Shown here: positions 12,454-30,184 of the stretch, piece after piece
Position numbering within the stretch: position 1 is the stretch's first letter
Layout: every line of letters begins with the position of its first letter
Source: the human T2T-CHM13v2.0 reference genome, Homo sapiens
Assembly: GCF_009914755.1 (NCBI RefSeq)
Contig: NC_060927.1
Length of the DNA stretch: 64,000 bases
Reading direction: 5' to 3' (one strand)
Position numbers and translations under genes: made by a program
The notes under the pieces: model-generated
Seen by the model: only the letters and a program-made list of their open reading frames with translations
What the model was told of the DNA's origin: nothing
Databases searched by the model: none

Positions 12454-12626
12454 GCGTGGAGAAGTAGATGTAGGCAAACAAGATGATGTAGGTGGTCACA
12501 AGGGGGATGAGCTCAGCGACACCAATCTCCTCCTTGAAGTGCACGTGGACCAGGCTCTCCGCCCGAAGGCTGCAGTTGGGGCTGGGGTGCAGAAGCATCA
12601 GGCGGGCACGCAGGCTGCCCAGGAAC
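12454..12626 (-). CDS. SCAP: SCAP exon 7 (FLGSLRAR...YIYFST); INSIG-binding YIYF (aa 298-301) at 12461-12472
   Basis: GT-AG, 173 nt. Confidence 0.98.
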
Positions 12627-12652
12627 CTGGTCAAGGAGCAGGGTGGGGGTAA

Positions 12653-13192
<540 letters not shown>

Positions 13193-13613
13193 TCCAACAC
13201 TCTTGATTGCCAGAGGCCTAGGAGAGCTGATCAGAAGCACCTCGAGTGCCCTTGCCAATTGGGGAGCTGCCTGCAGTGCCCCACTGGGAAGGACACAGGC
13301 CATATAGGGTGCTCAGTAGTAACCAGCTGGGGATGCCTGCCCTAGGCTCAAGAGAGACCAGAGGAGGCACCAGGACACTGAGACCGCCAGCCCTACCTTA
13401 GTCCCCTATGCTTAACCAGCTGTCAGGTCATCCCCATTAAAATGTGGTAGACAGCATCATCTAGTCTGAGGGATGTAAACATTCAACAGGAGGCCTGGAA
13501 ACTCTCCCAAGTTTCCAGGGGGCATTCAGAACACTCTAACCAGAAGAGGGACTACTCAAAGCCTCATGTCACCCAGCAGACCAGTCAAGAGCCCAGGGTA
13601 CTGTCAATCTTAC

Positions 13614-13719
13614 TTGGCATGGTAGTGCTGGAAGACCAGGGTGATGGTGTAGGAGACCATCCTCTTCCTGGTGTAGAGGCTCACCCCGCTGTACTTCCCA
13701 GGAACACCAAATAACAAGT
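13614..13719 (-). CDS. SCAP: SCAP exon 6 (DLLFGVPGK...HYHAK), loop 1
   Basis: GT-AG, 106 nt. Confidence 0.97.
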
Positions 13720-13903
13720 CTGCAAGCAGAAACCAGCAGGTACTGACACAGAAATGACAGCTACTGCAGAGCCACCAAGGACCCCTTTCTCACCCCCACC
13801 CTGGGAAACAAAGGGTAAACCCTGATCTGCCTAAGCACACATCAAAAAGACGGTGACCAATGGGCACCTTTACAGGTCTGAAGGGAACTTGTACTGGGGC
13901 TAC

Positions 13904-14124
13904 CTTTGAGTGTGGCTGAAGTCTGCAGGGTTTTAGGCTCGTGCTGGTGGATGGTCCCAATGATGTCAGGATCAGCATGGAAGCGTTCCCAGTCATTCTG
14001 CCAGAAGTTCCCAGGGGACAGCAGCAGGCATCCATGCTCAGGGAGTAGGTTCCTGAGCTTCCTAAGGCCTGGCAGCAGGTCGGTCACTTGCAGACACAAC
14101 TCCTCCAAGCTCCTGATCCCAGAG
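13904..14124 (-). CDS. SCAP: SCAP exon 5 (SGIRSLEE...SATLK), loop 1
   Basis: GT-AG, 221 nt. Confidence 0.98.
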
Positions 14125-14969
14125 CTGCACAGGAGACAGGACAAGGCACCTGCTGTGTCTGCCACCACAGGGCAGACCTGCTGTACTTAGGGGACATCCT
14201 CTGTCTGTTCTTCAATGCCCCATATTTGCTCTCTGGTATCGCCAAAGAGCCTGACCACTAGGGCAGCAGGGGGAAGTACTTCCAGGTGGCCAATAACCTA
14301 AACATGTGGCTGTCTGACTTTCAAAGTGCATCTGAAGCCCAAAAGCCCATCAGCTCTGAGGACGGGCAAGTGTACTATAAGAGCATGCACAACCCCACCC
14401 ACTAAAACACCCTGGCCAGTTCAGTGGATGAGCAGGGACCGGGGTAAATTAGGGGCTTCATTTAGTTCACCAAAATATCTGTCAACGCCACTAGCTAACT
14501 AAAACCTGGCAGTGATGCAGCTTGCCAATTACACACATTGTATGCCAAGCCAGCATAACCCAGGGACCCACTGATAGGCAGGGGAGCACGACTTGGGCTG
14601 GGGCTTCAGAAGGTACCCCCAGGTAGAGCTTGCTTCTCGTCGGCAGAGACACCACCATTACATTCACACCATAACCCACAGGCAGGAAGCCATGTGGGTC
14701 ATGAGTTAGCACAGTGGACACTGACTCCATCTGAGATGTAAGGATGAGACTCAAGGCTATGTGTGTGCCATCTGCATAGGTCCAAGCGGAATGCAGCCAC
14801 CGTAGACCCACAAGGATGCTGAGAAATTCAAGGCTAGCTCACCCTCCATCCTTCTTGCTTGTTCTATCTCTGCAGAGCTGACTGGCTCACTGCAGTTACA
14901 CTGAGGACTGTAACTCTCCCTTCAGTACAGAATGGGATTCAGGGAGGCCAGGGTCCCTGAGAGGGGTAC

Positions 14970-15127
14970 CTGTCTCTCAGCACGTGGTTCCGGATCTCCT
15001 CCACCAGTTGGAATGCCCGGGACAAAGGTGAACGAAATACATCTACTGCCAGGAGGTTCTTGTGCCAGGGAAACACTGAGGACTTCACAAATATCTGCTG
15101 GACATAAGCCACCGGGGCACCCACATA
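14970..15127 (-). CDS. SCAP: SCAP exon 4 (YVGAPVAY...VLRD), cholesterol-binding loop 1
   Basis: GT-AG, 158 nt. Confidence 0.98.
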
Positions 15128-15213
15128 CTGCAGAAGAAATGAGGGAGGGCAGAAAGGGCAGCTGAGCACAGGAAGAAGAAAGACGGTCCAATTCAAGGGA
15201 TTTAATGGGCATT

Positions 15214-15744
15214 GGAAACCGTGCCCCACAGAGTTAAAGAAACCAATGACTAATACAAGTTCTTGAGTTTGCAGGATGGCAGATAAGAAAAGAAACAATT
15301 TGCTGAAACCCAGAAACTCCCTCCGCTTATGAGATAAAAGAACTGGCTGAAATAAGCTGGAACCAAGATGGCCGACTGGAGTTGTGCAGAATGAGCTTGC
15401 CGATGTCACAGCCTGAATTTCCACTGCCATGTTTCATACTAACTCCCCCCGGAATTTGCACATGGGACCTGTGAGGTGGCATCAAGAGATAACTGGGCAT
15501 GCTCAAAGACTTCCCAGAAATCACCCTTCCTTCCACCAATCATCTGCTAATCCTAGTATCCACCCTCTAAACCTTTCCTAATAAAATTACTGCCTTAAAG
15601 CCAGCACAGGGAGACAGATTTGAGCTGGACTCCGGTCTCCTAGGGAGTCAACCTTCAATATAAAGCTTTTCTTTTCCCCAAATCCTGGTGTCACAGTATT
15701 GGCTTCTAGCACATTGGGCAGCGAGCCTCTTTTGCTCAATAACA
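15214..15744 (+). mobile_element. Solo LTR, ERV1-class (subfamily uncertain)
   Basis: (T/G)GAAACCG start, AATAACA end, internal AATAAA near 15580, imperfect 4-bp TSD catt/catc. Confidence 0.65.
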
Positions 15745-15772
15745 CATCTACTAAGGGCAAAGCACTGTGGGA

Positions 15773-16316
15773 CCAGGTGTAGGCAAACGATGGCCTGTAG
15801 GCCAAATCAGGGCCCATGCCTGTTTTTCTTTTTGAGACAGGGTCTTGCTCTATTGCCCAATCATGGCTCACTGAAACCTCAATCTCCCAGGCTCAAGAGA
15901 TCCTCCCACCTCAGCACCCCCACCCACCAAGTAGCTGAGACTAGAGGTGTGTGCACCACCACCACGCCTAATTTTCAAAAATGTTTTGTAGGGACAGGGT
16001 ATCACTATGTTGCCAGGCTGGTCTCGAACTCCTGGGCTCAAGTGATCCTCCCATTTTGGCCTCCCGAAGTGCCACACCTGGCTAACTTCTTTATTTTCTG
16101 TAGAGATGGGGTCTCACTATGTTGCCCAGGCTGGTTAGTGCCTGTTTTTCCACTTCCAATTTTTACTGAAGCACAGCCACACCCCTACCATTACTATTGT
16201 CTATGGCTGCTTTCACTCTACAACAGCAGGGTCAAATGGCTGCAACAGAGGCCGTCTGGCCCGCAAAGCCTAAATGTTTACTATCTAGCCCTTTATGGAA
16301 CATGTCTGCTGACCGC
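15773..16316 (+). mobile_element. MER58-like hAT DNA transposon interrupted by minus-strand Alu sequence (about 15830-16135)
   Basis: MER58-type motifs ggcaaac..ggccaaatc and gcccgcaaagcctaaa..actatct; repeated tgcctgtttttc around the Alu. Confidence 0.7.
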
Positions 16317-17845
16317 ACTATAGACTCTACACTCCCCAAAGCATGTAACCTGTCTTACTGATTCAGGTTTTGTCACTTGCAGCAGAGTAGCGGGTTTTGA
16401 AGATCAAAGGACCCAATTTTAAATCACAGCTTTCCAAACATATGGCCTTGAAAACACTTTTGACATCTCTGGATTTCAATTTCCTCATTGTGAAACAGGA
16501 ATAACGACATTCACCCTGCAGCATCAAGATGTATGCACACACCACACACGCATACAAACAGTGTCTGAAAGATTAGCAGAAATATTAACAATGAACAATC
16601 AGGCATTTCACTTCATCTGACCCTCACAACAGCCTGATGAGAAGCAAGGAGAGGCTCAGGCATTGTGCCTGCCTAGAGCTTCACACTCCAGGCAGGGTGG
16701 TGTAAGGACTCAAACCAAGGTCTCCTCACTAAATATCACATACTTTTCTCACTAGAATCTGCCATCTACCTTTCAAGAGCTTAACAGGGATGTAAATGAC
16801 AAGAGTGTTCACATATGCAACCCTCAGTAACAGGCATGTCGCGGAGCACCCCAAAACATGCTGGGTCAGCCACAGCAGAGTTATGGCCCAGGAGAAGCTG
16901 AGTAGAGCCATAAGGTTAGAAAAGAACAGGTAGGAGAGGAGCAGGAGGGAATGTGAGTTGCAAGGGATGCTGAGAGCACAGAAGGCCTGGACATCTGCAC
17001 CAAGGAAACCTGTCAGGGGATAACAGAAATTACGAGGAAGATGACAAGCAGGCTTAGACTGAAGCCTGACTGAGCTGTCAGGATTTTAATCAGTTGACAA
17101 AGCAAAGCCCAGTGTCTCTGAGGTGAAGGGGCAACCTGATGAAAGCAGTGCTCTGTAAAGACTCCCCGGGAGTTGGTGACAACTGGAGACAAGGAAACAT
17201 GGCCCTAGACAGCGGTGTACTGCGAGGTGTGGACTGAAGGGGGCAGGGCCCAGCCCAGCTGAGGGATGAGGGGCTGTCTCCACGCCTGGGCTGCAGTCGG
17301 GAACTCCAAGGGGCATGCGTGTGGATGAAAGGGAGGCCATGGAGCCACTCACCAATGCAGTACTCCAGGTTACAGCATAGGCAAGGGCCAAGATGCTGAC
17401 CAAGCACAGCAAGTTAATGCCTCCTGGGACCCTGGGCACAAAGGAACAACCAGAGGCAACCGTCTGAGCCTTTGTGAACTTTATGTGGCTGTGCCTTAGT
17501 GAGGGCTCTGGGGACAGAAGGCCTCATCCACTTTGTCTTCTGTATCACGCTCAGCCACTAGAAGCTGCTGGGAGGCACAGAGGCACCTGGATGGAGCTGG
17601 CTGCCACAGGCTATGACCAGAACAGAAGCTCACACAGGTCTGAGCAGGAAAGGAGCACTAACCTGGTAAGGAAGATGTGGGCAGGGCCCACACTCACTGT
17701 GCTGAGTGAACTCCCACAATCCCTACTTAATATTCAAGAGAGAAATGGACATGGAAACACTGGTATCTTGAGTGGGTGATGGAGGAAGTAAGGGCCAGTG
17801 GGGTCCAGATGCCCCTAGGCAAAAGACTCCTAACTAGAGAGAGGC

Positions 17846-18310
17846 TGTGGTAGGCAGCCTTCTAACACGGTCCCCAACAGTCCACACCTCCTGGTGCTCA
17901 TGCCCTTGTGTAATCCCATCCCCTTAACAGTGGGCTGGACCTAATGATTTGCTTCTGACAAATAAATACAGCCAAAGCAATAAGAAATCACTTTTCCAAT
18001 TAGGTTACAAAAGACTATGACTCCTTCTCCCACCCTGGCCCCCTTCCTTTGGGAGCCACCGCTCTGATGAAACCAGCCACCACATTGTGAGCTGCTCAGG
18101 GAAGGCCTATGTGGCAAGGAATTGAGGGAGGCCTTCAGCCAATGCACAGTGAGGAACTGAGATCCTCAGCCCAACAGCCTGTAAGGAACCTACCTTTAAG
18201 TGAGCTTGGAAGGGGATCCTCCCCCAGTTGACCTTTGAGATGGCAGCAGCCTTGGCTGACAGCTCTACTGTAGTCTTGTGAGAGACCCTGAGCTAAAGGG
18301 CCCAGATAAG
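17846..18310 (+). mobile_element. MLT1 (MaLR) LTR, MLT1F-like, 3'-truncated
   Basis: tgtggtaggcag start; atgcccttgtgtaatccc, tggcaaggaa..gaggcc and gtgagagaccctgag motifs. Confidence 0.75.
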
Positions 18311-20179
18311 AAAACCATGGCTCAGAGAGATAAAATGAAGTGTCCGAGGTCACACAATTGATAGGCAACAGAGCCAGGATTGAAACCCAGGGCTGGGTAG
18401 CTCTGAACAATATGAGTCTTATGGAGAACAAGACACAGAAGGAAAGGCCTAGCACAAGCGGCGTGGGAGAGGAGCTGAGGTCCTGGGAGCCCTGGAGTCT
18501 CCAGCCACCACAGTTCAGAGCATGAGGCTCCCACCCAGAGCTTCCTGGAAACCCTGTGTCCACGCTCACGCAGCCACCACAAACACTGCAATGTTGGCCG
18601 TGGAAGTCCAGCATGGAACAAACCCAGCCACCTCTGTGGACCTGCCAGCTAGGCCTTCGTGTGAGGCTCAGGTTTTCACAAATGAGCTAGTCTTGGGGAC
18701 CCAGGCAGGGCTGGAGACCTCAGGTTTTTGAAAAATGGAATCCTTCCTTTCTATTTAGATACAGCAACCTAGAGCTCCAGGTATTTTACCTTTACACCAG
18801 TGTACCCGTGGGCTCCCTCAGAACAGGATGTGGAGGACTCCTGCCACTCAGCTCTTCCTAGAGAAAAGGCCTCCTGATCCTTGCCCTCCAACCCTGGTGG
18901 GCAAGGGCTGTGGTGGGAAGAGCAGGCTCAGGAGACCTGCCTGAGTTCAAATCCCAGTGCCACCACTCCCTGGCTGTGTCCCTTGGATGATGGTCTCTAT
19001 ACTCTCCAAGCCTTGTCTCTTACTGAGGGAAATGAGAATAAAACCTCAGCCCTCACCAGAGCACCATGAGGACCAAACAAAACAACTCCTGTGAACCATC
19101 CAGATCTAGCAAAGTGTCTGAAAATATATTAGTTATATCATTTATATTATCCCTTAAAACTATGAAAACGAGTTGGTGTCCCATGCACAATCATCTCAGT
19201 CTACAGGTTTCTCCAAGTTCAATACGATGGGTCTTCTTATCACCACTGTCGTCGAGTCATTGCCTCTAAGGGAATGGCTTCCCAATGCCTATGGAATTAA
19301 AAGTTTAAACTTCACAGATCAGGAGATTCAACTTGGTTCCACCTAACATGCTCCAGGAAAAACTGCAGACTCACTGTCTCCTAAATAAGCCATACTGTTT
19401 CTTTATTCAACAAGAAACCTTTCTTGAGCATCTACTGTGTGTAAAACATTGGAGTGTATAAACTTGAATGAAACATGACTCCAATGGGGTCGTCATGTAG
19501 AACACAGAGAAGAAGCAGAGGACATATTGTAAGGGAGCTGGGGAAGGCTTCCTGGAGGAAGTGACTCTGAGCTGAGGTTGATAAAGCCTCAGGAGTGTAC
19601 TTCTGGTGCACACCACAGGGCAGTCCAAGCACATGAATCTTCATTCTCCCCTCTGCTTGACCAGCCAGACTTGATCAATGACAATGATGACAATGGCAAC
19701 AGCCACAATCATTTGTTGAATGCAAGTGATGAGCCAGGCACTGTACTAAACCCTTGCACTGTTTCACTTAATCATAAGAATGACAATGTATAATGTAGGT
19801 ATAATTATCCCACTTTATGGATGTGGAAACTAAAGCACAAGGTGACAGTAACTTGCCCAAGGTCACAGTGCTGGAAAACGTAAAGTCTCTACTGTTTCTG
19901 CTTCGTTCTTCTCTTCCTCTGGTAAAAACATCCCTCTGCCCAGAGAGAAATGCCCTTCCCCAAGAGTGGCCACAGAGGCCAATGGTCACAGTGACAACAC
20001 AGGGTGAGCCGAACTCAGAGCACAAAGACATGGCAGAACTGACTGGAGTCCTTTCTGGAGGACACATAAAGGTTTAACTGTAGGGTGCAGCCATCAATCC
20101 CATTGTGGAGAAGCATCTAGCAAAAGGGGAGGAGGAGGGCTACATAAAAAGAGAGCCATCTCCAGCATAGAGAAAGATC

Positions 20180-21553
<1,374 letters not shown>

Positions 21554-23672
21554 CTATATTTACTTTAAACTTTGAAAAATCTTTGTCTTCTCTTTCCAAA
21601 CAGTATAGGATCTCCTCAAGGACAGTGAGCCTCTATCTGTCCCCCACATCATCCCACACCACGCGTATGCAATAAACGAGTGCTGAACTCAGCAGTGAGT
21701 CGAGTAGGGAAGGAAGTTTTGGCTCCTTCGTATAGGCAGCAGATGCCTGCAATGTACTGTCTACTGCCCGAGTCTCCTATTTTCCCTTTTTTAAAATTTA
21801 TTTATTTTTTATTTTTTTAGAGACAAGGTCTCACTCTATTGCCCCAGCTGGACTGCAATGGTGTGATCATGGCTCACTGCAGCCTTAAACTCCTGGGCTC
21901 AAGCGATCCTCCTGCCTCAGTACTGGGATTACAGGTATGCACCACTGCACCCGGCCCTATTGTCCCTTTGGAAACCATCCTCTCTCATTCCCAGCAAGGT
22001 GCTGACAACAACAATGAAATACCTGCCTTTAGCCATAGGGCTTGGGAAGGGGACAGGCAGGTAACCCTATTCATAGCCAACTGGGCTCCCTTTTATCCTC
22101 CACTGGATTGGATGATGCAAAAACATGGGGCTGAAGCTGCTAGGGCCACTGTTGGGAAGACCAAAAGTGAAGCTGACCCAGAGAGGACAAAGTCAAGAGA
22201 TGGACTCCTTTTGAGGCTCAAACTATATCGTGCTTAAGTCAGCCCTGCACCTGGCTGAGTTATATGAACCAAAAATTCCCTTTCACTTACTCTGATTTGG
22301 GTTGAATTTCCTGTTCTTCATAACTAAAACAGTCCTTACCACCCACTTCAGTATCGCTGGCCTGTATCTTTATCAAGGACAGTCAATGGAGGTGAGATAA
22401 CTGACCACTGAGCTGTGTGACACCAGGTGACTGCCCTGGGCCCATCTCCTTCTCAATCCTGCAGGGGATGAGCGCTCCAATCAGAGAGAGAGGAAATGGA
22501 CAATGCTCCTGATTCCCGAGCCCTCTAGTTATTCTGCACCAACACTTTCTATCATCATCCCATCATTCAAAGAGCTCACAAACACATCACACCCCTTACG
22601 GCCTCATCATTAAACATCTATTCCACACCAATGGGCCAAATGAACTCTCCTAGTCAGGAAACACAAATATTCCCTTATGTGCTAACATTGCATTAAAAGG
22701 TTAATGAAGTCCGGACACAATGGCTCACGCCTGTAATCCCAGCACTTTGGGAGGCTGAGGCAGGTGGATCACCTGAGGTCAGGAGTTTGAGACCAGCCTG
22801 GCCAACATGGTGAAACCCCACCCCTACTAAAAATACAAAAATTAGCCGGGTGTGGTGGCAACATGCCTGTAGTCCCAGGTACTCAGGAGGCTGAGGCAGG
22901 AGAATCGCTTTCAACCCAGGAGACAGAGGTTGCAATGAGCTGAGATCACGCCACTGTACTCCACCCTGGGCAACAGAGTGAGACTCCATCTCAAAACAAT
23001 AAAAAAAAAATGGTTAATGAAGGTAAAAGGTTTAAGCAAGAAGGTCCCACAATGAGCCAGTGAGCCAATGGCCAACCTGGGACATAAAGCCACAAAACTG
23101 GTTTCACCACAAAACTGGTTTCAGCCAGCATCAGACCATGCATCCTTTGACCTTCATAGGCAGAGCCTCATGAAGCCAGGGTGGTGCACTCCCCACTGAC
23201 ACCATGTATAGTTGTGCCACAGACCTATCTTGCCAGATATGCCTCTATTTCAGCCGCAGAGTCAAGTTCATAACAAGTTACCTGACTACTACGTTAACCA
23301 AAAAGGAAATGGGAATATGCTATGACTGTCAGAGAGAAGGGGGAGGAGAGCTCTGTTCGCTGAGCTTTGGTTTTCCTCAACAACAGATTCAGCAAGTCCA
23401 GCACGAATCCAGGGACCACAGAACAACACAGAAGAAAGGGCACTTTGTCCACACCTGACAGGCAAAAGGTACACAGATGAGCTAGTCAAGCTTCAATGAG
23501 CTCCAAATAATGAGTGCGGTGTGATGGTGAGTTAGGTCCCTTGACTGAGCCCCTCAACTGAAGACCTTTTTTCTCATTTATATCAGTGTTCGGCCCAGAG
23601 ACAGTCAACTGAAAACAGTACAGTCCAGAAGGAGGAGTGGGCTGGGGTCAGGAGACCTAGAGTTCCAAACTA

Positions 23673-24108
<436 letters not shown>

Positions 24109-24131
24109 TCAGGAACATGACGAGTACCCAC

Positions 24132-24261
24132 CCACTCAGGCTGCTCAGTAGGCTCTCCTTGTTTGCGGTCAGAGTCCACAGGTGGGGGCGAGTAATCCTT
24201 CACAGGGGTGGTGAATTCCACAGGTCCTGTTCCTGGCAAGGGGAGTTTCAGCAGTGGGTAG
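24132..24261 (-). CDS. SCAP: SCAP exon 3 ([10 protein letters not shown]...QPEW)
   Basis: GT-AG, 130 nt. Confidence 0.98.
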
Positions 24262-24587
24262 CTGGGATGTACAAAAAGGAGATAAGAATTAGACACTATG
24301 AGAGGCAGTCCTCTCTCAGCACTGACACAGGAGCCACTGGAGTTAATAACTAAATTCTGTCAGGACTGTACAAATGTGCAAAATATTAGAATCACAAAAT
24401 TGCAAAGCTGAAACTCAGAAGTCATCTAGATTAGAATTTTTCAAACTTATTTTAGTCACATAAACCTTACGAAGAAGCCCAACTGGTAAAATAGACTGTT
24501 CTGTTAAATGTTTTCAGGCTGTATAAGCTAAGTATGTATAAATATACTTAGTTATAACATTATATATAACATTAACATATATAATAT

Positions 24588-24590
<3 letters not shown>

Positions 24591-24634
<44 letters not shown>
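24591..24634 (+). repeat. (CA)22 microsatellite
   Basis: Direct reading. Confidence 0.97.
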
Positions 24635-24636
<2 letters not shown>

Positions 24637-27570
24637 TAGATAGGTGCCTGCCACTACATCCAGGTAATTTTTGTATTTTTAGTGGAGACGGGGTTTCATC
24701 ATGTTGACCAGGCTGGTCTTAAAACTCCTGACCTCAGGTGATCCACCCACCTCAGCCTCCCAAAGTGCTGAGATTACAGGCGTAAGCAACCGTGCCTGGC
24801 TAGTTTATACATTTAATGAGTAACTTTTACTGAAAGGAAACACCAACATGTTATAATATATAACATTATATTAATATTTTCAGGCTGGGCGCAGTGGGTT
24901 ATGCCTGTAACCCCAGCACTTTGGGAGGCCCAGGCTGGAGGGCTGCTTGAGCCCAGAAGTTTGAGACCAGCCTGGACAACATAGTGAGACCTCATCTCTA
25001 CAGAAAATCAAAAAAATTAGCCAGGCATGGCCATGTGAACCTGTGGTCCCAGCTACTCAGGAGGCTTAGGTGGGAGGACTGCTTAAGCCTAGAGGTAGAG
25101 GCTGCAGTGAGCCATGATTATACCACTGCACTCCAGCCTGGGCAACATAAGACCCCTGTCTCTGAAAGAAAAAAGTTTTCAGAGACTTAATAAAAGCAAG
25201 ATGCTAAAAACAAACAAAAAAAAATCACCTTGCCAAATTAGATATAAGGGAACAATAAAAAACAAAAGTGGGGGTACCTTTAAAAATCCAGAAGGATTCC
25301 AATTCAGATAGCTAAGCAACTATTCCACTTAAAGGGACAGACCATGAAAATTATGTATAATTAACTAAGGATGTGGTTTATACTAGGATCATGAGGAAAG
25401 TTAAGTTAATGGACCCGATATACGCAAGGAAAAGCCCTGACCTTTCATCAAAAAGTTGGCAAATAAGCTGGGTGCGGTGGCTCAAGCCTGTAATCCCAAC
25501 ACTTTGGGAGAGGCCAAGCGGGCGGATCATTTGAGCTCAGGAGTTTGAGACCAGACTGAGCAACACAGTGAAACCCCATCTCTACCAAAAATACAAAAAA
25601 TTAGCTGGGCATGGTGGTGTGCACCTGTGGTCCCAGCTACTGGCTGAGGCAGGAGGATCATCTAACCCTGGGAGGTAGAGGCTGCAGTGAGCTGAGATCA
25701 TGCCACTGTACTCCAGCCTAGGCAACACAGTGAGACCCCATCTCAAGTGAAAAAAAAAGAAAAAAAAGAAAAAGTTGGCAAATAGATGTACATTTTGTTT
25801 CAGATCTCACTTTCTTAAAATTTAGAAATAACTTCTATATAGTACAATGCACAGATCTTAAGTATAAAGTGCAGTAAGTTTTTACATGTGTATATCTGTG
25901 TAACTACTATCTAGATCAAGCTATAGAATATTTCCAGAGCCTCAGAAGGCAGCCTTGTGCCCACTCCCAGTCAACAGCATACCACTCCCCACCACCAAAG
26001 GTAACTGTTAGAATCTCTATCACCATAAATTAGTTTTACCTATTTTTGAATGTCATATAAATGAAACCATTCATTCTACTTATATACTCTTTTGTGACTG
26101 GCTGCTTTCACTCAAATTCTATCTGCTAGATTCTCCACACTGGCGCACATAGCAGATCATTGCTTTTTGGATACATACTAGTCCACTAATGAATAAAGTA
26201 TAGTGCATTTGTGTATTCCACTGGTTGAGGAACATTTGGCTGTTTCTGGTTTGAGCTATTAAGAATAAAGTTGGGCCAGGCACAGTGGCTCACGCCTGTA
26301 ATCCCAGCACTTTGGGAGGCTGAGGCAGGTGGATCACCTGAGATCGGGAGATCGAGACCAGCCTGACCAACAGGGAGAAACCCTGTCTCTACTAAAAATT
26401 CAAAATTAGCCGGGCGTGGTGGCGTATGCCTGTAATCCCAGCTACTCAGAAGGCTGAGGCAGGAAAATCACTTGAACCGGTGAGCTGAGATGGCGCCACT
26501 GCACTCTAGCCTGGGCAACAAGAGTGAAACTCAATCTCAAAAAAAAAAAAAAAAAAAAAAAAGGAGAATAAAGTTGGCCAGGTGAGGTGGCTCATGCCTG
26601 TAATCCCAGCACTTTGGGAGGCCAAGGCAGAAGGATTTCTTGAGCCCAGGAGTTTGAGACCAGCCTGGGCAACATGGTGAAACGCCATCCCTAAAAAAAA
26701 AAAAATACAAAAGTTAGCCAGGCATGCTGGTGCACACCTGTAGTCCCAGCTCGGGAGGCTTAAGTGGGAGGATCGCTTGAGCCGGGAGGCTGAGGCTGCA
26801 ATAAGCCATGATCATGCCACTGCATTCCAGCCTAGGTGACAGAGTGAGACCCCCGTCTCAAAAAAACAAAACATTTTGGGCTGGATAATTGTTTTTAATT
26901 AAAAAAAAGAAAAAAAAAGAATAAAACTATTATCCTTTATTGGTTTTTGGTGGCCTCATAAGCACTTATTTCTGTCGGGTATATTCCTAGGATGAAATGG
27001 CTGGGTATGGAGTTATATGCACATTGAGCTTAGTAGATGATACCAAACAGTTTTCCATAGCGGTTGTACAAATTTATGTTCCCACTATCACCAGTGTAAT
27101 AGGAGTTCCAGTTTCTCCAAATCCTTGTCACCTCTTGATACTGTCAGTCCAATTAATGTTAACCATTTAGAGGAAGAGACAGTGGTATCTCAGCATGGTT
27201 TTAATGTACATTTTCCTGATAAGAAACAATTAAAAAAATTATTTCATTTACTTACTACTGGCCACTTGGATATAGCAACTTTTGTGAAACGCCTCTTCAA
27301 GTCTTTTGACAATACCATGTTTTGAATATTTTAAATACATTTATTATGTTAATTACAGAAAACAATTACACAATCTCCTTACCTTCACAAAAATCAATTT
27401 TTACTTTTCTCTGGCTTTTCCATCTTTACCTACACTCAAAAACCATTTATTAAGTATGTATTATATGCTGGGAACTGAGAATACAAAAGATAATACTACG
27501 GTCTGCCTCCAAGATGCTCTAAGTAGGAAGAGAGAAACGACTACAAGAGAATGTGATCAGAATTCATTTA

Positions 27571-27959
<389 letters not shown>

Positions 27960-28164
27960 TTAGGCTGTGGCTACAGCGTTTGCATAGTAATCACAGAGTA
28001 TAGTCAGTTTTTGTTCTATGTTTAGACTATACATGTTTTTGGATTCTGCTTGTGCTTTCTGGCTGTGAAGGTAGAAGACTAGGAAGACAGTGAATAATAA
28101 CAATGAAAAACTCATACATGATATTTAATATGTGCCAGGCACTATTCTAAGCACTTGACATGTA

Positions 28165-28635
<471 letters not shown>

Positions 28636-29959
28636 TCACTCTCTGACCTGCACATAGGGCAGTCCAACTAACATGGCATCTGGGTGCTCTTTTTATCCCA
28701 TGGCGCACCCACTGCTTACCAGGGCAGGTTCAGATTAACAGTACCCTCTGTCTTGCTGGGCTGCTGCTGGGACATATCCTGGGCCCAGTGGTCTAACCTC
28801 CAAGAGTTATAAACAGACACCTCTTGCCATAATGCCTATTTGCTACACATTTCATCAGATTTTCCCAGAGGAAAGAACAGTCACTGCACCCAGGGGCCAG
28901 GCAGGAAGAACAGCTAACTCTAGCTCACCTGCAAGGCTCAGCACTGGGTTCATTTGAAGTAGTGTCCTTGGCTCTCAGTCACTGAAACCTGCAGCCTCAA
29001 CAGCAGCTCAGAGAAGAAAGTCACACATCCTCAGTGCTGTTTGGGGTGAGCCTGATGCATATACAGATGCCCTCTCTCACTCCCTGGATTCTTCTGCCTG
29101 ATGGAGACAGGCACATTCCCAAGCTGTCATTGATCACCATCCCCCCAGTACTGCTCTGTACTTTCCCTGGGGTGACCCAGTGGTGGTGAGCCAGTGGTGT
29201 GCAAAAAGTATTTCTGCAGCTCAGGTGGCTGTTAGATCTGAATAGGGAAATTAAGTGCAGCAGTCCTTTGGGTTTGGCTGTACAAGTCTTTCATCCCAGG
29301 AACAATAAAAGGTAAGCAATTAAATGGAAACTGAATGTCTAGCAAAACTACTAGAAGCAGTCTATATCCATACTTTATTTTCTGCAGGCAATCCCAGGCT
29401 CTGGAAGAAGGGGGCACTGCTCTGCTGCTCTGGACAGAAAAGCTTCAGTGGGTTGAAGACAATGGTGAGGCTTGTGTCCCTGGGTCCATGATCTCTGGTT
29501 TTCTGGCCAAGTCCCAGAATCTATGGATTCTCTTATACAACCTTTTATTAGTCTTTGGAGGCTGAGAGACTTCACCCAGCCTTGGAAAAATTTTCTCAAG
29601 TCAATCAGGTTTTAAGAAAAAAACAAAATTAAAAAAAAAACTTTAAGATCACATGACAAAGATACTCATTTGGGAAAATAAGTACACAGCACTAAGAATG
29701 TGACAGTACAAGGCCAGGTTTGGTGGCTCACACCTGTAATCCCGACACTTTGGGAAGCCAAGGCGAGGGGATCACGAGCTCAGGAGTTTGAGACCAGCCT
29801 GGGCAACATGGCGAAACCCCAGCTCTACTAAAAATACAAAAAATTAGTGGTGCACGCCTATAGTCCCAACTACTCAGAGGGCTGAGGTAGGAGAATCACT
29901 TGAGCCCATGAAGTCGAGACTGCAATTAGCAGTGATTGCACCACTGCACTCCAGCCTGA

Positions 29960-30184
<225 letters not shown>

